Part shown: one piece after another, positions 8,837 to 18,600 of the stretch
Position numbering within the stretch: position 1 is the first letter of the stretch
Layout: every line of letters begins with the position of its first letter
NCBI GenBank assembly: GCA_965249555.1
Contig: OZ252243.1
Location: forward strand, 704,001-768,000
DNA length: 64,000 nt
Reading direction: 5' to 3'
Source of the DNA: Nitrosopumilus sp.
GTDB taxonomy: Archaea > Thermoproteota > Nitrososphaeria > Nitrososphaerales > Nitrosopumilaceae
Position numbers and translations under genes: made by a program
Notes under the pieces: model-generated
Told to the model about the DNA's origin: nothing
What the model saw: the letters and a program-made list of their open reading frames with translations, nothing else
Database searches by the model: none

Positions 8837-9652
8837 TTACTGAAAGCCTTTTCTTGCCAAATAGTCTGCAACTATCTTTTGTGCATACTCTGCGGGCTCC
8901 ATGTCATTCTCTCTGGATATCTTGGATAACCCTTTGGCATGACTCTTGGATATCTTTAGTGACAGATTCTGTCTTGCCCTGAAAGAGTTTGCCAGCTTTT
9001 GAATATCAGAGTGCTCTGCATTTCCCAATTTTTCCAATGCATCAATGTATCTCTTTTTTTGGAAGGAATCATATTTTTTTATTCTCTCAACTATCTCTAT
9101 TGCCTTGTATGGGGCGGTGACTACCTTGCAGATTCTGATTGCATCCCGTTTGGATAGGACCTGGGGCACCATATCTCGTACCATATCTGGTACCACGGCA
9201 AATCCGAGATACTCCCTAAATGTTGCAGGTTTTATTCCCAATATCTGTGCAGCCTCGCTCTTTCCCATCTTTTCTGCCAAGAACTGGCACGATGCTACCA
9301 TCTCATTTGTAGTCATGTCCTTTCTGTGCATGTTCTCAATTATTGATGCCGCCTTTGCATCCTGTATGTTGCAGGAGCTGTTCTTGGATAGTATCAGTAC
9401 TGGAATGGTCTTTGAGCCAAGTCTTTTTAGCGCTGCAAGTCTTCTCTGGCCTGACATTAGCAGGTAGGAGTTGTTCCCATTCCTCTGAACCATTGGCGGG
9501 TTTTGCAGTCCTTCCTGTGCTATGGAGCGTGCAAGGGAGTCAATGTCGGTATTATCCAATGTCCTTGCCTGTGCCTCCTTCCATATTGTGATTGTATCGA
9601 TTGGAACTTCCTTTAACGAATAGGATATCGGGTTTTCTTTTATTTTCTGCAA
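8837..9652 (-). CDS. ParB/Spo0J-family protein
   Basis: LARSIAQEGLQNPPMV, LMSGQRRLAA and SIIENMHRKDM, followed by an HTH (EAAQILGIKP). Confidence 0.9.
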   Translation of the reverse strand: MQKIKENPISYSLKEVPIDTITIWKEAQARTLDNTDIDSLARSIAQEGLQNPPMVQRNGNNSYLLMSGQRRLAALKRLGSKTIPVLILSKNSSCNIQDAKAASIIENMHRKDMTTNEMVASCQFLAEKMGKSEAAQILGIKPATFREYLGFAVVPDMVRDMVPQVLSKRDAIRICKVVTAPYKAIEIVERIKKYDSFQKKRYIDALEKLGNAEHSDIQKLANSFRARQNLSLKISKSHAKGLSKISRENDMEPAEYAQKIVADYLARKGFQ

Positions 9653-9735
9653 TATTTATCTGTGAATATTTCTTCCTTGATATTGATAAATCTTTGTCTC
9701 TCTTGTCAGATTCAAATTATTTGATGTGTTGATAT

Positions 9736-10152
9736 TCACTTTCTTTTTTGATTGTATTTGCTATCTTTGCCAGTCAGAACATCCACATACTTGTGAACCC
9801 ATCTGTAATCAGGCAGGCAAAACCCGGATGTTTTTCCGGTCTTTGTAGTTTCTGACTTTTTCATCTGTTCATCAATGTCTTCTCTTAATTCTGTGAGATC
9901 TCTGCATTTTTTGATTTTTTCTTCCATAGATACAACCTCATCTGCATATGATATTTTCAAATTAATCAAATCCATATGTGCTGCTTTTAATTCTGTCTCA
10001 ATTTTGGATATGTTGTGTTGAATTTTTTGGTCTGAATCAGATGGTTGTAAGCTCTTTGCATGTGTGACTCTTCTTTTAATTTCACAAAACGCTACAATGA
10101 CCATCGGCATGAGCACTGTCTCAATCAGCAAAAATAAAATCTCTGACATCAT
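9736..10152 (-). CDS. Hypothetical membrane-anchored coiled-coil protein
   Basis: 138-aa ORF with an N-terminal hydrophobic helix followed by a charged helical region. Confidence 0.6.
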   Translation of the reverse strand: MMSEILFLLIETVLMPMVIVAFCEIKRRVTHAKSLQPSDSDQKIQHNISKIETELKAAHMDLINLKISYADEVVSMEEKIKKCRDLTELREDIDEQMKKSETTKTGKTSGFCLPDYRWVHKYVDVLTGKDSKYNQKRK

Positions 10153-10231
10153 ACATTACCAAATGACTGACAATTCCCATTGATGGGGTTGAAAGATCTC
10201 TCTTGCAGAAAGTCTTGACATTTTTCTGGCT

Positions 10232-10471
10232 TTATTCTGATAACCCATGATGATCAAAGACTCCCAACTTTGTTTCGGTCTCCCTATCTTTCCTAGCTCT
10301 TTCTCTAGAACCCATATAGCGAGCTTTGGTTCTTAATAGATGTCCACAACATGGACATCTTGCTCCCTCACATTTGATATACATCTCACATACTTTGCAA
10401 CGTTTCCGTCCACCATCATATCGTGTACCTTTTTCTGTTACCCTATATCTGATGCAAATTCCCTTACAAGC
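10232..10471 (-). pseudogene. Small Cys-rich zinc-finger protein whose start codon was removed at an IS110 fragment
   Basis: Manual translation: ACKGICIRY...GRKRCKVCEMYIKCEGARCPCCGHLLRTKAR...SE*. IS110 internal sequence begins immediately upstream. Confidence 0.65.
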
Positions 10472-11161
10472 TAGGTGACTATCGCATAGACGGATTCGTA
10501 CGACAGATAGACTATCTTAATCTGCAAATTGCAGTGATTAATTCAAGAGTGTATGCTGCTGTAAAGACCAGTCCTGATGCCATGATAATAAAATCAATAC
10601 CAGGAATTGGTGACTAATCACTAGTTATCGCATCAGAAATTGCAGATATTACCAGATTCAATGACTCTCACAAGTTATGCGCATATGCACGAGTCGTGCC
10701 ATCAGTCAGAAACTCTGCAGACACGATACACCATGGCAGCATAACCAAAAGAGGAAGCATGACACTACGATGGGTCCTTGTCCAATGCGTCCATTCTCAT
10801 GCAATACATGCCAAGAACAGTGACATTACAAAATTTTACAATCGCATTAAAAAGAAGAGAGGCTCATCAAAAGATGTAGTTGCCGCATCATCAAAGATCC
10901 TGCGAGTGATTTACTGGATGCTAAAAGAGAGAATTTGTACAGAATTACAGTTAGGACTGCAAGTCGCGTTTTGTATGTTGAGGGACAGGCCTCGGTTGAT
11001 AACTGCGGATAGGTCCTAACGAAGGGATGAAGATAGCAATTGAGGAATAAGCCTCGTATGGATACATGTCCGTCATCTTTTGATTGAAAGCATTCTCCAG
11101 CGAAGGCTATGCCTTGGGATGCAAAAAAGTGGGAAATGTATAAAAACAATTCACATGGATA
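10471..11161 (+). mobile_element. 5'-truncated, degenerate IS110 copy with an intact non-coding right end
   Basis: Matches 5980-6677 with small deletions and stops; ends ...attcacatggaTA followed by catac. Confidence 0.9.
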
Positions 11162-11167
11162 CATACA

Positions 11168-11401
11168 TTATTTTTCATTATTATAAAGATGGTCAAAAAA
11201 TTCATCACGTAAATTCATATCTTCAAGATCAGGTTTAAGCCTTGACCAAGGAATAACTTCTTGATCAATATCTAAAATTAATTCTTGATTGAAAGTTGTA
11301 TGATTTAAGATCATGATATTAGGAGTGCCTTTCCATTCACTAAAACCGATTCTTTGAAAAACTTTTCTTACAATGGATACACAATATTCATCACGATTCA
11401 T
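11168..11401 (-). CDS. Possible HicA-like toxin (divergent)
   Basis: 77 aa, directly downstream of a HicB-like gene; VRKVFQRIGFSEWKGTPNIMIL resembles the HicA pattern but lacks the GSH histidine. Confidence 0.45.
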   Translation of the reverse strand: MNRDEYCVSIVRKVFQRIGFSEWKGTPNIMILNHTTFNQELILDIDQEVIPWSRLKPDLEDMNLRDEFFDHLYNNEK

Positions 11402-11406
11402 TTTAA

Positions 11407-11610
11407 TTAACTCACATCTACAGTATTAATTGATTCTAATTGGCTTTTTAGTTCAGGGTGTTTCTCCATGTATAATTTTATAGCTTCTGGGATTTTCTTT
11501 GTTGCTTCTTCTCTTGTTTTGCCAAACACTCTAACAGGTCTCATTGATGGACAATATGCAATATATCCATCACTGCCTGCAAGCTGTTCAACTTTGTATG
11601 TTATCTGCAT
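11407..11610 (-). CDS. HicB-family antitoxin (short)
   Basis: GYIAYCPSM..VFGKTREEATKKIPEAIKLY is the HicB N-terminal motif. Confidence 0.8.
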   Translation of the reverse strand: MQITYKVEQLAGSDGYIAYCPSMRPVRVFGKTREEATKKIPEAIKLYMEKHPELKSQLESINTVDVS

Positions 11611-11746
11611 ATTTCTAACCTCATTTTACCTGATATATAGTTGGATAGTCTTGTTTAAAACTTTTCAGGCTCTGGTCAATCTAGGTGATCTAGTATAGTG
11701 GTCAGAAGTGTCAAATATGGATCTTATTCGAATTGAAAATTTGCGT

Positions 11747-11895
11747 TCAGCCCAATGTAGTCTGATTTTTTTCTGTCATTTCTCGATATTTTTCTAAAAG
11801 AAACTCTAGTCTTTCATCGTCTGATTCAAATGGCTCTTTCCTGTATAATCTATCAACTGCCCTATCTAATGATCTGTGTGCTATCATCAGACCCA
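11747..11895 (-). pseudogene. C-terminal relic of an MmeI-like type IIG/IIL restriction-methyltransferase
   Basis: Manual translation: LMIAHRSLDRAVDRLYRKEPFESDDERLEFLLEKYREMT; no upstream coding region. Confidence 0.6.
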
Positions 11896-12085
11896 AAAAA
11901 CTGAAAAATAGAAAAATAAACTAATCTCAAAAAGAATTACAGCAATATTTGGGCATGAAAAATTTCTGAAGATTGTAATCTTATGGTGTATTGTGTATCA
12001 AACCCACAGGTTTTATGATAAAAAGTGGTAGTACTTTAACTAATCAACTCTAAATAATATTCATATTTATTTTTAATTTAACTTC

Positions 12086-12439
12086 CTATGAAAGCATGTT
12101 TCTGATTGAACTAATTGCCATATCTAGTTTTTTTGAATTCAGTTGACCTATTCTCTTTACTGCTGAATTTTTTTGTAATGTAAAGATATTCGAAAATTTT
12201 ATTCTGCTCTTTTTTTCAAGTGTACCGTCTAGCATATCTATTACATTTATCAAAATAGAATTGTTTTTGTTGCTTAGATTTGATGTGATTCCACAGCAAA
12301 TAAAATCTAATGACTTTTTGTTATGAGAAATATTTGAAATAATCAAAACCGGACGTAATTTTGACATGTCAGTAAAAGGAAATGGTACGAGTATTATTTC
12401 ACCCCGTTCAAACTTTATTCCAGATTTCATCTTCTTCAT
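12086..12439 (-). CDS. PemK/MazF-family toxin
   Basis: RGEIILVPFPFTD..KLRPVLIISN..CCGITS; overlaps the antitoxin stop. Confidence 0.9.
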   Translation of the reverse strand: MKKMKSGIKFERGEIILVPFPFTDMSKLRPVLIISNISHNKKSLDFICCGITSNLSNKNNSILINVIDMLDGTLEKKSRIKFSNIFTLQKNSAVKRIGQLNSKKLDMAISSIRNMLS

Positions 12440-12668
12440 TATCCCACAATTTTTTTGCAGTTTCTTCAGATAGTTTCAACAAGTCTTTAAAATCATCTTC
12501 CATCTGTTTTTCCAAAGTTGTGGCCTTTTGAATCAAAATCTTCTTGTTTTTTGTTATAAGTATTAACCTGTCCCCCTTTTTTATTCCCAACAATATTTGA
12601 ATTTCACGAGGAATTGCAATTTGGCCTTTATCTGATACATTAACTACCTTTAGAGTGGTTTTACTCAT
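12408..12668 (-). CDS. AbrB/MazE/SpoVT-family antitoxin
   Basis: VSDKGQIAIPREIQILLGIKKGDRL, with C-terminal LWDNEEDEIWN; start likely ATG 12668. Confidence 0.9.
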   Translation of the reverse strand: MSKTTLKVVNVSDKGQIAIPREIQILLGIKKGDRLILITKNKKILIQKATTLEKQMEDDFKDLLKLSEETAKKLWDNEEDEIWNKV

Positions 12669-12776
12669 ATGAATAGTAAGAAATTTCTTACTTATAAACA
12701 ACTGGTTTGAGATACCATGAGATATTGTCAGTCTGCAAAAATAAAACTTATGTCAGTTATTATGCAATTAGACCTG

Positions 12777-13481
12777 ATGTCCAAAACAATAATCATTTCA
12801 GATATTCACAATGACTATCTCACAGCAGAAAAAATAATCAAAAAAGAAAATCCTGACAAAATTGTCTTTTTGGGAGATTATTTTGATGACTTTGATGATA
12901 CTGTCCATGATGCAGAAAATACGGCCAAATGGCTCAAAAAATCATCATTACAAAAGAGTAGAATCCATCTTATTGGAAATCATGATATTAGTTACATGAC
13001 TGATAATCCAAACATCAAATGTACAGGTTACACAACAGACAAGCACAGAATAATCAAAAAGCATCACATTACCTGGAGTAAATTACTGATACATTACTGG
13101 TTAGATAATAATTGGTTATGCACTCACGCAGGACTCACAAATGACTTTTTCAAGCAGCAAAAAATGCAAAAGTCAGATTCCATACAAAAAGTACTAGGAT
13201 TTTCAAAAAAGGATCTAGAAAAAATTGATGACAAGAATTATACCCATTCTTTCTTTCAGGCAGGATTTTTTCGCGGAGGCTCAAACATGGTTGGAGGTCC
13301 ATTGTGGTGTGATTATGATGAATTTGCAGATATTCCCAGAATTAATCAAATTTTTGGACATACAAAAGGTGATGTCATACGACACAAAAAAACAAAAAAT
13401 TCAGAGCATTATTGTATTGATACTGGACTAAAACACTATGCAGTTTACCAAGATAATAAGATGGAAATTAAGTCAATTTAA
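12777..13481 (+). CDS. Calcineurin-like metallophosphoesterase
   Basis: SDIH, GDYFD, GNHD, THAG and GHT motifs. Confidence 0.9.
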   Translation: MSKTIIISDIHNDYLTAEKIIKKENPDKIVFLGDYFDDFDDTVHDAENTAKWLKKSSLQKSRIHLIGNHDISYMTDNPNIKCTGYTTDKHRIIKKHHITWSKLLIHYWLDNNWLCTHAGLTNDFFKQQKMQKSDSIQKVLGFSKKDLEKIDDKNYTHSFFQAGFFRGGSNMVGGPLWCDYDEFADIPRINQIFGHTKGDVIRHKKTKNSEHYCIDTGLKHYAVYQDNKMEIKSI

Positions 13482-13731
13482 CCTATTATTTTTTCATGAA
13501 TAAATGATTTACAATCCCTAAATCATTCTATCACAAAATGACAATATTAAAACAAATAATTAATGCCAAAAACAAGAATTCATGTAGTTAGAACGAATTA
13601 CAATGTTATCATACAACATAATTATCAATCATAAAACAACAGATTCCATAGTTAGATCAAATCTAAAAATAGATAATAGTTGGCTCTGGTCAGTTTTTTT
13701 TTAAAGCAAGACACGTTACAATCATATCAAA

Positions 13732-15696
13732 TTATACAAGGTTTGCAAAAAACGAAAGGATGGCTTCTATAAAATTATCAAACCATGATTTTTCAGGTTT
13801 TGGCTCTACAGTTGGTTCCACTATAGCTCTGCATTGTCCATCTACTAGTTCAGTTCCAGAACCACAAAGCGGTTCTTTTGGCTCAGGCATATATTCTGGC
13901 TCTACTGTTGGCTCCACCATAGCTCTGCATTGTCCATCTACTAGTTCAGTTCCAGAACCACAAAGCGGTTCTTTTGGCTCAGGTATAGATTCTGGCTCTA
14001 CAGTTGGCGTTGGCTCATCAGAGGAAGTAACATCTGGTAAATGATCAGAAACACTAGATGATTTATCAGAAGGTTGATTTGAGGCCTCAGAGCATAACAC
14101 ACCACCACAAACTCTGGAGCTCATGGTACTGCCAGAGCCTCCGCCAGAACTTGTTTTAGCAGATTTTATCACTTTTGGACCAGCCTCAGAGGTCGGTACC
14201 ACTACACTATCAGAAGTTGTTGCATAGTTTGTTTGATCATTATTTTGAGAGTCTGAATAACATGCAGTATTTTTTTGAGTGTATCTAGCGGTGTCTTGTG
14301 GATTGATAATATCATTTAACAGCTCTGCCCGCGTACAATCAGATATCTCATTTAAGGTATTTTGTAAAAATACTCCCAACTCTGGACTATCACTTCTATA
14401 CCCAATGGTCAGTCCTTGCACACTATCACGATCGTCATATGTGAACTCATTTGATTTTACTAGTTCTACTCCAATAGTGGATGCATAGTAAGAGGCAATA
14501 GTAAAGTCAGATATAAACACATCAACATCATTATTTTCCAAGGCTCTTACTGCCTCTAAGGCATTTTCATATTCCACATAAGATACGTCTGGAAAATTCT
14601 CATCTAGTATTGTTTTATGTGCATAGTCACTAATTATTGCCACAGTATAATCTGCAAGGTTTTCAGATGTGACATCTAAATCATTAACAGTTACAAGGAC
14701 ATCCCCATCCAAAAACAAAACTGCATTTGTAAAGCTCATAAAGTTAGAACGTTCTGGTACATCAGATAACCAAAACATGACATCTGCATCTCTATTTTTA
14801 ACAGCATCTAATGCGACTGTAAAATTTGCTGGAACAACAAATACAAAACTAGCATCCGTAAGGGATTCAAATTGTTCAATATATTTTCCAGTAACACCAC
14901 CCACATCACCATTTGGTTTATACATTTCAAAAGGTTCGTAATTAGGATCTATTGCCACACGTATAGGAGTATCTACATCAAACGGTACTGTTGATTCCAA
15001 GGTGTAATCATCTTTGTATATGGTTCCATTGTATACTTGTATGCTAGTATTTTCAGAAAAGATTTCTGTAGTTGAATCCCTTACAACCAGACTGATAACA
15101 AAAGTATCAGTTGTTTTAGCATTAAGCAAAATACTGTCTGTGGGCTCTGTAAGGAGTGGCGGAATTACACTATGTAGTGCATCAGTGTTTTGTATGCTCC
15201 AGCGATATGACAAACCATTACTGTCTTCATACCCATGATTTGCCGCATCTAAAACAACTAAAACTGACTGGTCCCAGATTGCCTTGAATGAATCATCATC
15301 TATAAGACTAGTAGTAGATAGGTATTGCTTTAATTCATCATAGCTTGCATATTTTGATTGTATGATGCCATCTCCATTAGCTGAGACTAGCGTTGCTCCG
15401 TCATAGAAAAAATGATCAGTTCCTCCAGCAGTAGCATATGTAGAGGAATATTTTTGAACATCAATGCTTAGTGAATCACTGCTTGCCTGTATGATTAACG
15501 CTGTTTGATTAGAGGTAAGAATTTGTGTTGCACTAGGTGTTAAAGCATAGGTGCCAGTTTCTGGCTGATCTAATATTATAGAGAAATCATCAGTTCCTGT
15601 TGGGTGCTCTGCATATACAAGGTATAATGGAATGGACAATACAAGTAGGGGCATTAGAAAAAGTATACGATTAATGCTCAAGTTAATCATCTGCAC
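13732..15696 (-). CDS. Secreted protein with a family-3 (amino acid-type) substrate-binding domain and a Cys-motif/PE-rich C-terminal region
   Basis: Signal peptide; IRVAIDPNYEPFE...ALDAVKNRDADV...AVRALENNDVDVFI; CGSGTELVDGQC x2. Confidence 0.8.
   Translation of the reverse strand: MQMINLSINRILFLMPLLVLSIPLYLVYAEHPTGTDDFSIILDQPETGTYALTPSATQILTSNQTALIIQASSDSLSIDVQKYSSTYATAGGTDHFFYDGATLVSANGDGIIQSKYASYDELKQYLSTTSLIDDDSFKAIWDQSVLVVLDAANHGYEDSNGLSYRWSIQNTDALHSVIPPLLTEPTDSILLNAKTTDTFVISLVVRDSTTEIFSENTSIQVYNGTIYKDDYTLESTVPFDVDTPIRVAIDPNYEPFEMYKPNGDVGGVTGKYIEQFESLTDASFVFVVPANFTVALDAVKNRDADVMFWLSDVPERSNFMSFTNAVLFLDGDVLVTVNDLDVTSENLADYTVAIISDYAHKTILDENFPDVSYVEYENALEAVRALENNDVDVFISDFTIASYYASTIGVELVKSNEFTYDDRDSVQGLTIGYRSDSPELGVFLQNTLNEISDCTRAELLNDIINPQDTARYTQKNTACYSDSQNNDQTNYATTSDSVVVPTSEAGPKVIKSAKTSSGGGSGSTMSSRVCGGVLCSEASNQPSDKSSSVSDHLPDVTSSDEPTPTVEPESIPEPKEPLCGSGTELVDGQCRAMVEPTVEPEYMPEPKEPLCGSGTELVDGQCRAIVEPTVEPKPEKSWFDNFIEAILSFFANLV
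13800..14000. repeat. 96-bp intragenic tandem duplication (EPKEPLCGSGTELVDGQCRA.VEPTVEP)
   Basis: atagctctgcattgtccatc... occurs at 13823 and 13919. Confidence 0.85.
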
Positions 15697-18600
15697 ATAT
15701 TGCCTGATAAGCGATATTTTGAGTGACTAGTGTGTCGGGTGTTAGTAAAGACTCGGCATGCTCAAAGTTCATTCTATATTTTATTGTAATTGTTTCAAGG
15801 GGTGCCAGATTTTCTCCAAGTTCTTTCTTAGAGTCTAGACGCTCAAATGTACCTTCAATTAACACCTCAATTACTGGAGAATCTATTGGATTGCCTAAAG
15901 AGTCAGATGGAAATACAGATAGAATATCAATTGTTTTAACGCTGGTATTTGTGATAATCTGCTCTTTCACAGCAGATAGTAAAGAGTCAGCATCTGCTTT
16001 TCCAAAGTTGATAGCTGGGGATTCCAAGTTAATGCTGCAAGAGAGATCTGTTGAATCAAATCCTCCATCTGCATAATAAGTGCCAAGTCGCTCCCAACCT
16101 GTCTGTTTTATGCCCCATACTGCATAGTTGGCTGCTGCCAAGTCGCCAAATTCATCAAGGGATATATCACCTAGTGCACCATAATTTCTTTGCACTACAC
16201 CAGGTATACCGCTTGCAATGGAGTCAAGAGATGCATCTGTACCTGCTGCATCCACTGCAAGTCCTATTGCCCATATGGTATCATAAGAGGAATATGCATA
16301 AACATTAGGGGTATCATTTGGGAATTTAGACTGTAAATTGGTGTACAAACCAATATACTTTGGAGAGGCAGGGTCTGCATCAAATATACATGATGTAAAA
16401 TCAACATCAACTAGGAATTGCTTTATCTCCGGATCATCAACAAGACTGGAACTGAGTACTTGTGCATCAGAGCCTATCCAGGACACTGTACGTAAAGCAG
16501 GATATTGTAGTGATTCTCGTACAATGTGCTCCAACTCAAAACCGACATACAAAATTGCAATCTCATCACTGCCAAAAGATGATGCACTAACTGCATCAGC
16601 TAATCCACTAACTAAATCTGGGAACTGGCCTTGACATGTAATGTCGGATTTGTCAGCACAGAAAGCATAGGTTCTAGCAGTATCATCAACTGTGCCCCCA
16701 AGATCTGCAAATTTAGTACTAGTGGATTCTGCAAATCCAATACCAAATGGATCATCAATGTGTAATGGAATCAATTGTCTTTTGCCATCATCATACAATA
16801 AATTGGCAATGACAAGGCCATGTTGAAGATCACTGGGTGCTAGCCTGAATATATTATCTGCTACAGCAAGGGATGGAGCAGTAGAGCAACAGCTAACCAA
16901 GGATAGATCAGCACTTTGACCTTCAATGAGGTCTGTCTTTATCTTTTCTAATCCAGATGATATGGACGGACCAGAGATAAAAGAGATGCCATTATTATAA
17001 AGATCTTCAGCTTCAGCTAAAATCACATCAGGATTTACTTGGGAATCCCTAACGTCTATGGATAGGCGCCAGTCGGCATTGTTTTCTATCAAATATCCAT
17101 TAAAGTCTGATACTGCTACAAAGGTAGCATATTTCCTGTGGTCCCCTGCATCATCCTGCCTGCCAGTTTCTGGAACTATGGCACCAATACCAAATACGGT
17201 TTTATCAGTTCTCACCCAAGATGGATCTCCTGTATCAGATACACTAATTGTATAATAAGCATCAGGTGCATCTAAATCACCAAAAATATTTAGAGAGTAT
17301 TGCCCTAATGTACCATCATAAGAAGTGGCAGGATCATCCAAGTCACCTTTTATTAATGCAAAATCATCACTGTGTTTAGTTACCAGGTCGCCAAAAAGTT
17401 TCACACTATCATGTGCAGAGTTGTGATATGAATGATAATTTACACCAAATGGTTTTAATGCGTCTTGTAGTTCTAGTGAGAGAATATTTGACTCTATGCC
17501 AAATATGACAGAAGTAAAGCTTACCTTCCTAGCAAATTCTAATGCCTTACTATTCTCCAATATGGTAGGGTCATATCCAATGGCGCCAGATGTATACCAT
17601 TTTAGATTACCTAAGACACTATCAGCTTCAATATTATCAGCCAAACTAATAAAATGAGAATTCAATCCAATAAGCAATACTGCGATTTCTGCATCAGCAG
17701 GAGGATCTGTTCCAGCAGTTAGTGCAGTGTAAAATCCTTCCATATTTGCCACAGCTACTGAATAATCTTGCTCTTTTGTTAATGCCTGCACGTTAGTATT
17801 GTCAGGAAATGAATCACGATAATCTCTACCCCATTCATCGTCTGTGTAGAAGATTAAAAGTTCAGTCTTTCCATCAGTCGCTAAAATCTCTGTCAATGCA
17901 TTTTTTTCATTTGATAGATCTGGCACCAGTCTGTATATGTTATCTGTTACAGCAAGGGATGTAGCAACAGATGAAGGAGAAATTAAGATAGCATCAGTAG
18001 AATCAAAAAATGGCTTTGCTTGTGCAACACTGGAGCTAAAAGTTACTCCTGCAAAATATTTTATCTTCTCATCAATAACATATGGAGAGGCAAAGACAAA
18101 ACCATCATGCAAGACAAACCATGCACGTCTTGTTTGCTCCAAGCCAGTAACAGGGTCATCAATGGTGTAACTTACCCAAGTACCAGTACTACCAACAGAC
18201 TCTAATTCAGATAAAATCTCCTCAGGGCTCCTGTCAGGTGTACTTACATCTAAAGAATTAACACCAACTAAAGAAGGATATTTGGCATTTGCAACTATAT
18301 CAAGACTGGTACTATGAATTACAAATGGGTAAAACAACTCTGAATCAGAATCAAATGAACCAGTAATTCCTGCAAACTTGTCATCAGCAGAATTAGCATC
18401 ATATGTGGCAATTGCTGCATCAATTACCTCCACTAAGAGAGGCTTGTGACCTGCATCCCCAATAGGTGGGTTGTACCCTGCACCGATAATATGTCCAGAA
18501 GGCTCGTGTAATACAAGCAAAGAGCGCTTGATGCCATCAGTGCCAGTTACAGTATTATCAAAAGTATACTGCCACCACAACTCTGGAGCACCACTATCAA

